Positions 1 through 9,325 are shown, counted from the stretch's first letter. The stretch: 16,707 nt of DNA from Candidatus Hodarchaeum mangrovi (GCA_016839515.1 JAEOUE010000181.1:1-16707); one strand, 5' to 3'. Made by a program: numbers and translations. The notes: a model not told the origin generated them from the sequence alone.

Positions 1-173
1 AAACGATCACGGAAGTAAGCTATGAGTCCAAAGAAAAAAGCGAAACTAATACCAAACAAAAAAGCACTATATAATGGTGAAAAATCAGGCATATAGATTC
101 AATAATTAGCTTGAAACTCCAACTACTTAAAATAAGCTATAATGGTATGTACCAAGAACATGATAATTGAATG

Positions 174-212
174 AACTCCGTCCTGACAGGTTTAGATGTG
201 AAAAATATATAC
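174..212 (+). repeat. Dispersed ~50-bp boundary repeat, copy R1 (degenerate)
   Basis: AACTCCGTcctgacaGGTTTAGATgtgAAAAaTATATAC matches the consensus at both ends; the second GTATATAC half-site is lost. Confidence 0.75.
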
Positions 213-285
213 CATGGCTCTATTCAGCAGATTATTGACATAATCATTCAAGAAAACTGATGTAATAACCTCTGGGGTAATAAGA

Positions 286-1347
286 ATGAGTAGCATTAAC
301 TATAAATTAAAAACCTTCAACACTGTAAAATTGGATCAAATCGTTGACAAAATAATCGGTAAAAAAAACATATTCGGAGCTGTTTTTTATGTTTCATCAG
401 GTGATGGAAACCAATCCTGGTGTGGTGCTTCTGGAAATCTAAGTCCAGAGAGCAAATATTATGTAGCAAGTATAAACAAACTCTTCATTGCTTCAATAAT
501 ACTCAAACTAATTGCTGAAGGAAAGCTTTCCTTAGACGACAAATTATCAAATTATTTACCAGAGAAAATTATGAAAGGCCTTCATGTTATAAATGGAAAA
601 GAGTATTCTAATGACATAACAATACAGCATATGTTGTCTATGACCTCTGGACTACCATGTTATATAGCTGATAAAGATACTAAAGGCAGATCGGTTATGA
701 AGGAATTGGAATCGGGCATTGACCAACCTTGGCCAACTGAAAAGGTCATAGAAAGAGTTAAAACAATGAAACCACATTTTCCACCTGGCCAGGGGAAAAA
801 AGCAAAATATATTGACACAAATCATCAAATCTTAAACCTTGTAATCGAAAAAATTACAGGGAATTCGATCAATATTGTCTTGAATAATCTGTTTAATGAA
901 TTGAAAATGTTTGATACATATGTTGCGGAAGATCTATCAGATACAAGTTACGTATTTCCTTATTATAAGGATATACAAATAAACATTAGTCAATTCATTA
1001 CCTCAACAAAAAATGATATCATTTCCACAGCTAAAGATCAAATGATTTTTATTAAAGCGTTTTTTTCGGGATATTTCTATCCAAAAGATAAACTAAATGA
1101 GCTCGAGAATTGGAAATCAGTCTTTTTTCCTTTCCAATACGGTATTGGTATTCAAAAGTTTCATATTCCAAAATTTCTTACTTTATTTCGGTCATATCCA
1201 GAAATGTTGGGTCATAGTGGTTCTACTGGAACATTTACCTTTTATATACCCAAGCTTGATGTGTATATTACTGGTTGTACCAATCAACAAGCAAATCCTA
1301 ATGTTGCCTTCCAAACTATTCTTAAAATTATTCAGACTATAAAATAA
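286..1347 (+). CDS. Serine hydrolase, beta-lactamase/AmpC-like (peptidase S12) family
   Basis: 353 aa; SxxK motif (ASINK), LSLDD, LLxHxSG-like MLSMTSGL, PG..Y motif (YIDTN) and GHSG motif; no signal peptide. Confidence 0.9.
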   Translation: MSSINYKLKTFNTVKLDQIVDKIIGKKNIFGAVFYVSSGDGNQSWCGASGNLSPESKYYVASINKLFIASIILKLIAEGKLSLDDKLSNYLPEKIMKGLHVINGKEYSNDITIQHMLSMTSGLPCYIADKDTKGRSVMKELESGIDQPWPTEKVIERVKTMKPHFPPGQGKKAKYIDTNHQILNLVIEKITGNSINIVLNNLFNELKMFDTYVAEDLSDTSYVFPYYKDIQINISQFITSTKNDIISTAKDQMIFIKAFFSGYFYPKDKLNELENWKSVFFPFQYGIGIQKFHIPKFLTLFRSYPEMLGHSGSTGTFTFYIPKLDVYITGCTNQQANPNVAFQTILKIIQTIK

Positions 1348-1348
1348 G

Positions 1349-1440
1349 TTTCCTCTCCTCCCGTCTAGGGAGACTTCTTCATTCCATCTCCTTTTTTTTC
1401 TTTTCATTTTTTCAGTCCATCTTCCTTTAAAATTTAATTT
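1349..1440 (+). terminator. Pyrimidine/oligo-T-rich putative terminator
   Basis: Short hairpin CTCCC-GTCTA-GGGAG (1358-1372) followed by several T runs directly after the stop codon. Confidence 0.5.
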
Positions 1441-1448
1441 TCAGAATT

Positions 1449-1504
1449 AACTCCACAGATAGGAAAAAGCTGGTCAAAGGCTGGTTTAAATTACAAAAGT
1501 ATAT
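1449..1504 (+). repeat. Boundary repeat copy R2, with internal partial duplication
   Basis: AACTCCA[cagataggaaaaagctgg]TCAAAGGCTGGTTTAAATTACAAAAGTATAT; truncated within the first half-site. Confidence 0.85.
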
Positions 1505-1580
1505 GATAATCCACAACCTATCTCTATAGTAACAATTTGCTGAAATATGCTCCTATTTCCATAACCAAATAAAATAAACC

Positions 1581-1754
1581 TTACAATTCAGTATATCCAA
1601 TTTTAAGATTAATATATGTATCAAGGACACCTTCTTCTAATGATAACAATTCTTTGATAGTAAGTGATTCAGCATCGGAAGAGCTTAACATATATGGGGT
1701 AGAAAATTCATATTTAGCGTAAAAACGTCCTATTTTAAAATTATTAATTCTCAT
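1581..1754 (-). pseudogene. N-terminal fragment of a class I/II PLP-dependent aminotransferase
   Basis: Manual translation MRINNFKIGRFYAKYEFSTPYMLSSSDAESLTIKELLSLEEGVLDTYINLKIGYTEL* (57 aa) resembles the F-x-LER-YF-x-KYEF...LSSSD-x-ES...LGYTE N-terminus of this family; the rest of the gene is absent. Confidence 0.75.
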
Positions 1755-1889
1755 AATTCAAGTTCGTTTCTCTTTTAGCATTTTTAGTCTACTTAATTAT
1801 TACATATAATTTGTTAAGGTCGGTTCTGAAGGAATGCGATAGAAATATAATAACCCAAACTGTCTTGAGTAAGAAAAGGAGAAAATGAT

Positions 1890-2984
1890 ATGAATCTATT
1901 TCTACTAATTGTGTTATATGTAGCAGGATGTTTACTCTTTCTTTTTCTAGGATTACTACTATTAAGAATATATTTGAGATATTCGACCAAAATAAAAACA
2001 TCAAACGGTATAAGTTCATTGGAAGAGATTACGCTTGGTGATTTAAAACAATGGATATTTATCCGAGGTACAAATCAAAATAATCCAGTATTAGTATTTC
2101 TACATGGTGGGCCTGGAGTACCTTTACTGGGAATGGCAAGTTCCCGTAAATATGATAAAGAACTAATAAAATACTTCACTGTAGTTCATTGGGATCAACG
2201 AGGGGCTGGAAAATCGTTTAACAAGGATATTCCAGCTCATTCAATGACCTATAACCGCTTTGTTGAGGATTGCAATGAATTAATTGAATATTTATGTAAA
2301 AGGTTTGACACTTCAAAAGTGTTTATTGTTGCACATTCAGGAGGAACCGTAATCGGATTAAAAACTGTTCATAGATATCCAGAAAAAATTCATGCCTATG
2401 TAGGGGTGTCACAATCTATAGACGGTTATGACGAACAAAAAGTCGCCTATGATTTCTTACTTGAACAAGCTGAAAAAACTGGCGATCTAAAAAGATATAC
2501 TGCAATCAAAGCCATAGGCCCTCCCCCTTATAACTCGCCAAAAAAATATTTAAAACAAGCTGGGAATATTGGACATTATGGAGGATTTTTGGCTGATTCT
2601 AGCATTAAACAATATCTTAAAATGGGAATTTTAATGATCTACTTCATCATTTCTCCTGAATATTCATTGTTAGAAGGTTTTCGAACCTTCCTAAACAAAG
2701 GATTTAACTTTACTATGAACGCTATATGGGAGGAATATAAAAATATCAATCTTACAAAAGAAATTCAATCTATTAAAGTTCCTGTATACTTTTTTGAAGG
2801 CAAATGTGATATGACAACGCCCGTTGTTCTTGTTGAGAAATTTTATGACAACTTAAATGCTGAAAAGGGAAAAAATCTCATAATTTTTGAAAATTCAGGT
2901 CATCTCCCAATGATAGAAGAAAAAGGAAAATACGAGGAATTATTGATAAATGTTGTTTTGAAAAAAAGTCAGAATAATGAATGA
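1890..2984 (+). CDS. Membrane-anchored alpha/beta hydrolase (proline iminopeptidase-like)
   Basis: 364 aa; N-terminal TM helix, HGGPG, WDQRGAGKS, nucleophile elbow AHSGG, GKCD acid and SGH catalytic His; GGAG upstream. Confidence 0.9.
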   Translation: MNLFLLIVLYVAGCLLFLFLGLLLLRIYLRYSTKIKTSNGISSLEEITLGDLKQWIFIRGTNQNNPVLVFLHGGPGVPLLGMASSRKYDKELIKYFTVVHWDQRGAGKSFNKDIPAHSMTYNRFVEDCNELIEYLCKRFDTSKVFIVAHSGGTVIGLKTVHRYPEKIHAYVGVSQSIDGYDEQKVAYDFLLEQAEKTGDLKRYTAIKAIGPPPYNSPKKYLKQAGNIGHYGGFLADSSIKQYLKMGILMIYFIISPEYSLLEGFRTFLNKGFNFTMNAIWEEYKNINLTKEIQSIKVPVYFFEGKCDMTTPVVLVEKFYDNLNAEKGKNLIIFENSGHLPMIEEKGKYEELLINVVLKKSQNNE

Positions 2985-3192
2985 AGAAAATAAAAGGGAA
3001 CCTTATATAACAGAAAATGCTACTCTTACTTTCAGCAATTGGAGATGTTTCCTCTGGAAGATTTGATAGTAAAATCTTTCTATGATACTAGGGATTTACT
3101 CAAAACAATGTTCCTTTCTATCGCTTAAACCCACTTGGTTGTCATTATAGTCAATGTTTCACTACATACAACTGAGATCTCACCATTATCTG

Positions 3193-3741
3193 TCAAAAAG
3201 CTGTATGGCATACTTCCATAAAAGCACAGGTTGGACAAACACGAAAGCTTACATAAAGAAGCATTCCTACAAGTGAAACTATAAAACCAATTAATCCAAT
3301 CAAAGCAAATACAGAAAAACCTAAAAAGAACGAAATAGGTATGAAAATAATAGGGCCCAGCCATAGTATATACGAATGGAAAAACCATTTTTTCGCACAC
3401 GTCACATGTTTATCCAAGTAAGTTTCTTTCCATTCATCTACAGATAATAGAATCGTTGTTGCCTTTCCCGTCTTTTCATCAATTGTAGCTTCTCTTACTT
3501 TGTAATAACAATAATGGCAATGTTTAATTGGCCATACGAATAAATTAAACCAGACAGAATATAATAAATACACTACAGCAACCCATATACTAAAAAATGC
3601 AATCCCCACAGTGCTAAAAGTTATTAACCCTACCCTAAAAACCAATACAAGTACTGAATTATTGTATGGACACTTAGGATAGAATAGATGCCGTACCCCT
3701 AATTGATGTATTTCAGTCATATTTTTATTCTTCCTATTCAA
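3193..3741 (-). CDS. Cys-rich hypothetical membrane protein (about 4 TM helices)
   Basis: 182 aa; two hydrophobic hairpins, each followed by a CxxC motif (CHYC, CPTC); start may be the internal Met of MTEIH. Confidence 0.7.
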   Translation of the reverse strand: MNRKNKNMTEIHQLGVRHLFYPKCPYNNSVLVLVFRVGLITFSTVGIAFFSIWVAVVYLLYSVWFNLFVWPIKHCHYCYYKVREATIDEKTGKATTILLSVDEWKETYLDKHVTCAKKWFFHSYILWLGPIIFIPISFFLGFSVFALIGLIGFIVSLVGMLLYVSFRVCPTCAFMEVCHTAF

Positions 3742-3836
3742 CTTGATGCAGGATTTTAATCTTTTATAATCAAAAAATTTGTTATTTCTTTTTTAATTGA
3801 GAAACTGTTAAGACACAAAATAACCATGCAATACAC

Positions 3837-4880
3837 CTAGCAGAGACATTCTTTAATTTCTTTAGAAATCATACTAGAGGGAGAAATATCCTGTTTCTTT
3901 TCAATGTCGGAGTTGTTACCTTTACTTATCCAAACGTTCGATAGTAATATCAGGAAGACCCCACTATATATCCATACTGAATAGAATTGTTGTAAAAAAA
4001 TGAATTCTAAAATGAATGGGATAATAACCTGAAATAATTGCAAAAAGGAAGTGCTAATTGAACCTAGCCTAGCTATGGCCCAGTTCCAGAAACCTAAGGC
4101 AATAAAAGTTGGGAAAATCCCTAAAAATAGGATATAAGGCACCAATCCTAGATGAATCTGAAAAGATAATTCACCACTAATCATTGAAAGAAGAAATAGA
4201 GCAAGAAAAGTATGAAAGAGACTAGCATATGTAAAACTCATGAGATCAAATTCTTTCCTCTCTGATTTTTCTACATTCAGAAATTTTCCAGTTATAACGG
4301 CGTAAAAACCCCACATGAAAGCAGCAAATATCAAGATAATGATCCCTATTATAGAAGAATTGGAAAAATTTGCCCAATCCCCATTAAAACTTATTAAAAA
4401 AATACCTAATAGTCCAACGATTCCAATTACTGTTATTTTCCAGCTTAATGGAGTTCCTTCAATCTTCCAAGCAAGAAACGGGACAAGGAATATATAAAAG
4501 GATGCAAGTAATGAAGCTAGGCCTGGTGTTGTAATATCTTGACCAATGGTTGCCGTTAGATACCCCAAAGCATCTAACCATCCTAATATTATGACAGTTT
4601 TTCCTGATAACATTGAAAATCCTTTTCGTCCCTTTATTAGAAGTATGATGAAGGAAAATACCAATACTCCTACTCCAAATCTAAGAGTTGTTGTTTGAAG
4701 GGGTGTGAGAGAAACTAGTGCTACTTCAATAACTAATGGGGTGATTCCCCAAATAATATTTGATAGAAAAAGTACAAACTGTGCACTACGATGAGATGGC
4801 AATGCATTGAAATCGAAGATTCTCAGGGATGATTTAATTAGAAGTGAAATATTATCTAGTTTTTGCATGCATGGATACAA
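3837..4880 (-). CDS. DMT/EamA family transporter
   Basis: About 10 TM helices with two EamA repeats (IWG..P...LRF; A.FMWG.Y); true start probably the ATG at 4868. Confidence 0.9.
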   Translation of the reverse strand: MYPCMQKLDNISLLIKSSLRIFDFNALPSHRSAQFVLFLSNIIWGITPLVIEVALVSLTPLQTTTLRFGVGVLVFSFIILLIKGRKGFSMLSGKTVIILGWLDALGYLTATIGQDITTPGLASLLASFYIFLVPFLAWKIEGTPLSWKITVIGIVGLLGIFLISFNGDWANFSNSSIIGIIILIFAAFMWGFYAVITGKFLNVEKSERKEFDLMSFTYASLFHTFLALFLLSMISGELSFQIHLGLVPYILFLGIFPTFIALGFWNWAIARLGSISTSFLQLFQVIIPFILEFIFLQQFYSVWIYSGVFLILLSNVWISKGNNSDIEKKQDISPSSMISKEIKECLC

Positions 4881-4909
4881 TGCTTCGAGATATAATAAAT
4901 TATAACCTC

Positions 4910-4946
4910 CATATGACGGTATAGCGAATTACTTAACTGTCATATG
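4910..4946. promoter_or_regulatory. Inverted repeat, candidate operator between the divergent EamA and HTH_10 genes
   Basis: CATATGACGGT-N15-ACTGTCATATG, 10 of 11 positions complementary. Confidence 0.45.
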
Positions 4947-5663
4947 TCGGAAAAGTTATATAGTGAAGGCAATTTTTTTTCCTTGGAGAGTTCAATGTTA
5001 TACCAATTCATACTTGAAATTCAACACGATTGCAAATTTTCAGTCTTTTCACAAAATCATCCAAAAGTTGAAATCCAACGTTGGTGTAATACTGAAAATG
5101 ATATTATTGAATTAAAAGGAGCTAAGAACGATCTTGAAGTAGCAATCACAGATGTAAAAGAGTCCCTAGGAAATGTTATTACTATTTTTCCTGATCAATG
5201 TCATATTCAACTCGTTGTGGACCTTTGTTATTATGATGTACTTCGTTTAGATAAAATTTTCAACAGATATAATTGTCTTGAACTTCCACCAGTGAAATAT
5301 TTTGCAGGACGAGAAATTAGCAATCTTATTGTTACACCAGAAGATGCAGGATTAATCCTTGAAGATATTCGTAAGGAAGATCCTAGTGCCAAAGTGAATG
5401 TATTAAAACTTGCGCCTCTGAAGAGTGCTGCTGAACCGTATCCATTTTATCTTCCTTTAGATCGCTTGAAAAATGATTTAACCTCAAAACAACAAGAAGC
5501 ACTTAAGCTTGCCTATACTAAGGGATATTACGAGTTACCAAGAAGTGTTTTCTTAGAAAACCTGGCTAAAGAGCTTAACATCCATCGTAGAACTTATGAA
5601 GAACATCTTAGAAGGGCGGAAAAGAAAATAATGAGCTACTTAGTTCCCTCCCTTATGCTTTAA
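4944..5663 (+). CDS. Archaeal HTH_10 (bacterio-opsin activator-type HTH) transcriptional regulator
   Basis: C-terminal LTSKQQEALKLAYTKGYYELPR...LAKELNI...EEHLRRAEKKI is the HTH_10 signature; N-terminal HDC motif; likely start is the ATG at 4995 after GGAG. Confidence 0.9.
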   Translation: MSEKLYSEGNFFSLESSMLYQFILEIQHDCKFSVFSQNHPKVEIQRWCNTENDIIELKGAKNDLEVAITDVKESLGNVITIFPDQCHIQLVVDLCYYDVLRLDKIFNRYNCLELPPVKYFAGREISNLIVTPEDAGLILEDIRKEDPSAKVNVLKLAPLKSAAEPYPFYLPLDRLKNDLTSKQQEALKLAYTKGYYELPRSVFLENLAKELNIHRRTYEEHLRRAEKKIMSYLVPSLML

Positions 5664-5881
5664 CCGTAAATGTTGGTCATAATACCCGTAATTTTATTGA
5701 CATCATTTGGAAAAATCTCTAATTCATTCATATTGTGTAAAAGAACATCTAAGTTTCCCCCAGTATCGAAGAGTATCTTTTCATTGTCAATTGAAATCCA
5801 AAACGATTGAACATGAGCTCCTCGAAGATTGCTATTATCAGGAGATTCATTTGAATAAATATTTATTATCGTTGCTTGCAT
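5660..5881 (-). pseudogene. Truncated MBL-fold metallo-hydrolase
   Basis: MQATIINIYSN...HVQSFWI...ILFDTGG...LLHNM is an MBL N-terminus; where HGHYDH is expected, a shifted frame reads TAC GGG TAT TAT GAC CAA (YGYYDQ), then the gene ends. Confidence 0.75.
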
Positions 5882-5981
5882 ATGAAAACTCATCTCAAGC
5901 TAGATGTCACTTCGTTATAACATAATAGAGCTTTCAATTGATTAAAAAATTTTGGACATTAGGATAGAAGTCATATAATAT

Positions 5982-6043
5982 TTTTTTAAAAGATTAGGTT
6001 CTGTTTTTTAAAAGATTGGGTTCTGAATCTGACTAGGTTTAGA
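5982..6043 (+). repeat. 22-bp tandem duplication resembling the left half of the boundary repeat (relic R3)
   Basis: TTTTTTAAAAGATTAGGTTCTG / TTTTTTAAAAGATTGGGTTCTG (21 of 22 identical) followed by GGTTTAGA at 6036; compare TAAAAGATTGGTTTAGA in R11. Confidence 0.6.
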
Positions 6044-6101
6044 AAGCCATACAGCTTAGAGATCTTCCCAGTTTAAATAATGATAAAGCAATATTCTGAT
6101 T

Positions 6102-7823
6102 TTATTGGTCTTTTTTCCGTATTAATAAAACTATAGCTAAGAAAATTCCAAAGAAGGAGAAAGTAGAACTTTTCGATTCCAAGGAACCACTGAAAAATAG
6201 GATCTTTGAAAGATTCGCTTGATGTGGTAAGAAATTATTCTTTGATACTGTGATGTTTACCTGTTCAAATTGACCAATATCAATCGGAAGAGTAATCTTT
6301 CCTTCTGAATTAGTAATACCTCTCCAATAATAAGTAGAATTAGTTAAGGTAATCCATGCGTTATCTACTGGTTCATTATTTGAAACCACAATTAATTGGT
6401 TGGTATTATTTATTTTAAAACTCTCTAACTTTGAAGGAATCTTAGTCCATATTGGAACTTCAGGATCCCCCATTAAATTATACTGAGTGAGAGTCCTTAA
6501 ATCTTGATCCTCATTTCTCAGATTTGACTTACAATCTTCTGCGTACGCATTTTTTGCTAATGCTAAAGCTTTTCCAGGATGATTAGAATTTTCAGTGAAA
6601 ATTCTTAGCCAAAACCGATATAATAAACCTTGGGTAACCCAACACTTGTAATTATCTGTATAAATCTCATTATCATAATAAGCTGACTTTGAGCTTCCTA
6701 TACAGCCAATTCCACAATTTCTAACAATATACTCAGTTAAAGAGGTTCCTCCATTAAAAGTTCCTGTTGCACAGGCAGCTAAAAAATATAATCCATTTTT
6801 ACCATAAGTTTCAAATTCAGTGGACGTTGAAATAAACATTTCCGATTCTAAACTATCCACTCCCCAATCAAATAAATTATCACCATCTACATCTTCAGTG
6901 AAAATACTTCTATACATTCCCGTTGATGATCCATGAGCATCTATCTGTACTACCCCAGCACCTGAATTAATAAAATTAATTAAATTATTTTCAGAGATCG
7001 GATAATCATAGTCATAATCAGTAGTTTTTACTCCTTCTGTTTCCCCAAGCATCACTGAATTCCAATGAGAAGGTATAACATTAGTTTTGAGCCAATTATG
7101 ATTCCTATTAGTATCAAATTCTTTCCAATCTTCACTATCTAATTGATTATTACCGTTAGAGTCAGAATTAAAATTCGCAAAAGTACCACCAAACAAAGCT
7201 GTATTCATCCATGAACCAATTGGAGGATTTTTTTCATAATCAATTATTCTTGCAACTAAATTAATCATTTGATCTTCATTATCAGCAGGTAATCTTCCAA
7301 CATAAACCTCTGGTTCCCATTCTGTACCAGTTACAATACTGTCAATTTCTGAATCACTACTCAACCAATCATTATCTAAATTCCCATAATAATTATCACA
7401 ACTGACAGTTAAACCATCTACTAACAAACTTTTAGTAGGAATAATATATTCCCCACCAGCTAAAACAACCCAATTTGTTTCATTATTTAGGTAATAATCT
7501 TGTATGCATCTTCTAATCTTTTCTGCTAAAGAATTCCCCTCATATTTAAGAGAGATAATCTCAGTTGTTTCTATATGAACCATTAATCCGCGTTGAGATT
7601 TCCAATTGACTAAAGGCTGTAATTCATCTAAAAACTGATCTGTAGAGATTATCAGGTAGTCAATTATATTTGGAGTAATTAACGATTCATCATTTTGAAA
7701 AACTTCATTTCCTTGGGTAATTATAATATTCCCAAACAACGTCGATTGATAAACAAAGAAAATAAGTAACAAAGAACACAAAAATTTTGATTCCCCTTTA
7801 TCTATTCCCATATTATTTCCCAT
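6102..7823 (-). CDS. Peptidase C25 (gingipain-like) cysteine protease, secreted and C-terminally anchored
   Basis: YLIIS...L.PL..WK..RG, VVLAGG, DNYY..LD, PEVYVGRLP, catalytic His (AHGS) and Cys (AACATG), YNLMGDP; N-terminal hydrophobic signal and C-terminal TM plus RKK. Confidence 0.9.
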   Translation of the reverse strand: MGNNMGIDKGESKFLCSLLLIFFVYQSTLFGNIIITQGNEVFQNDESLITPNIIDYLIISTDQFLDELQPLVNWKSQRGLMVHIETTEIISLKYEGNSLAEKIRRCIQDYYLNNETNWVVLAGGEYIIPTKSLLVDGLTVSCDNYYGNLDNDWLSSDSEIDSIVTGTEWEPEVYVGRLPADNEDQMINLVARIIDYEKNPPIGSWMNTALFGGTFANFNSDSNGNNQLDSEDWKEFDTNRNHNWLKTNVIPSHWNSVMLGETEGVKTTDYDYDYPISENNLINFINSGAGVVQIDAHGSSTGMYRSIFTEDVDGDNLFDWGVDSLESEMFISTSTEFETYGKNGLYFLAACATGTFNGGTSLTEYIVRNCGIGCIGSSKSAYYDNEIYTDNYKCWVTQGLLYRFWLRIFTENSNHPGKALALAKNAYAEDCKSNLRNEDQDLRTLTQYNLMGDPEVPIWTKIPSKLESFKINNTNQLIVVSNNEPVDNAWITLTNSTYYWRGITNSEGKITLPIDIGQFEQVNITVSKNNFLPHQANLSKILFFSGSLESKSSTFSFFGIFLAIVLLIRKKDQ

Positions 7824-8143
7824 ATGATTAGAAAAACTTCATATATAAATGAATACTAAGTAATTTCTATTTAGAAAGTAAAATCTGATGACTCTTAGAT
7901 GTTATTACACTAGTATTTCTGATTCTAATGAATGAGTAGTGCTTGTGAACCCAGCCCTCTAAAATGAAAAAGTAAATGTTAAACTATTCTCAAACGCCAA
8001 CGATCCACGTAGTGTGTTACATCAGGAGTTTGTGAACCACTGAATCCTCTGTTCAGAATAGAGAGGGGACTCATATCCTCCTCTAAATTTTTTCAATAGA
8101 CTATACTAGAACTTCCAACAAATAGGATGATATTATTTTTAGT

Positions 8144-8180
8144 AATACCGTAAAAGGCTTGTATGGATCGAAAAAGTATA
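8144..8180 (+). repeat. Boundary repeat copy R4
   Basis: AATACCGTAAAAGGCTTGTATGGATCGAAAAAGTATA; truncated in the first half-site. Confidence 0.85.
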
Positions 8181-8209
8181 GAAGTAGAGTAGGGGCAATT
8201 CGATCCAAA

Positions 8210-9259
8210 CTAAAACTTAGCCTTTAATTTATCTGCAAGTTTTTCTGGAGGAGTAAGAACTATTTCGGTTCCAAGCAATTTCTGGAGGAAATAATCATCT
8301 GTTCGATAGTTCTTGTATACATTAGCTCTGGATATTATTCGTATATTAGACCAAAACCAATCAGTTGTTTCACCCATAGGGCCAGAATAGATAACAAAAT
8401 TAAATGTTGAATATCCTTCCTCTTCATAGAATTTTAGAATTTTTGAAATACCTTCTCCTAAAGCTTTGGCCTCTGAGTGGGACAGTCCTAGAAAATTACT
8501 TTTTTCCCCAATGATCCCTTGTACTTCATTATTTCCTAAAGGAGAAAACGTAGCAATCCATTCTATCTCCCCAGTTTTCCCAATATAGCGTTCTTTCGCT
8601 TTTTTTTCCACAGAAATCAAATCATTCCAGAAATTTGACTGGTTTTTCTCAAAGTATTGCAAAGAACCCTCAAACATATTCTTAAGGTAAGTATAAGGGA
8701 CATCCCCGCCTAAAACTTGCATATGTGGGTGAATAACACTAGCTCCTGCAGGGAATAAGTAATTACAATTTATTGTCATATATTTTGCAGAGCTGTTTGC
8801 ATTAAACGCACTTTTAACAAATTTTAAGCATGCCTGAATTCCATTAGCTAGAATCTCTGGAGAAAAGTCTCTTAAGTTCAAATAATGAGTATGAGTTAAA
8901 GCACATACAGCATGAAACTCAGAAAGTGGAAATAAATTTGGAAAAAGAATCGCTTCCCCAACAGTAACTCTTTCCTGAGGTAAAATGTCAGATGAATATT
9001 TAGGAGTAGTCATATTAACTTTTTTAGGACACATAAAACAATGAGGTTTACTTTCTTGAGCTACTTGTTCTATCAAGTCGTGATCTGTGTCACCAAAAAG
9101 CATTTTGGCTTTATCTGCTAAATTATACCCTAAAATGCTCATCGTACTCATTAAAGGATCTTGTCGATACTCTAAAAGGTGAACATCTTCCTGAAAGTTT
9201 TTCAATGGGTTGATGAACTTGGATTTTCTTTTAAAACTAACGAATTGAATATTTTCCAT
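8210..9259 (-). CDS. galT: Galactose-1-phosphate uridylyltransferase (GalT/HIT superfamily)
   Basis: EYRQDPL, CFMCP zinc motif, FPNLFP and catalytic GASVIHPHMQ (HxHxQ). Confidence 0.85.
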   Translation of the reverse strand: MENIQFVSFKRKSKFINPLKNFQEDVHLLEYRQDPLMSTMSILGYNLADKAKMLFGDTDHDLIEQVAQESKPHCFMCPKKVNMTTPKYSSDILPQERVTVGEAILFPNLFPLSEFHAVCALTHTHYLNLRDFSPEILANGIQACLKFVKSAFNANSSAKYMTINCNYLFPAGASVIHPHMQVLGGDVPYTYLKNMFEGSLQYFEKNQSNFWNDLISVEKKAKERYIGKTGEIEWIATFSPLGNNEVQGIIGEKSNFLGLSHSEAKALGEGISKILKFYEEEGYSTFNFVIYSGPMGETTDWFWSNIRIISRANVYKNYRTDDYFLQKLLGTEIVLTPPEKLADKLKAKF

Positions 9260-9325
9260 TTTTCTTATTCCTAAAAGCTGTCTTTTTGAGTCTTAAGTAA
9301 TTATTAAGAAATACACCCTTTTCTC

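Noticed and set aside
3-74. Open frame at the left edge (TITEVSYESKEKSETNTKQKSTI*)
   Set aside because: Could be the tail of an upstream gene but is too short to support.
3800-3828. Possible eroded repeat copy (AAACTGTTAAGACACAAAATA)
   Set aside because: Needs several gaps to align; not distinguishable from background by eye.
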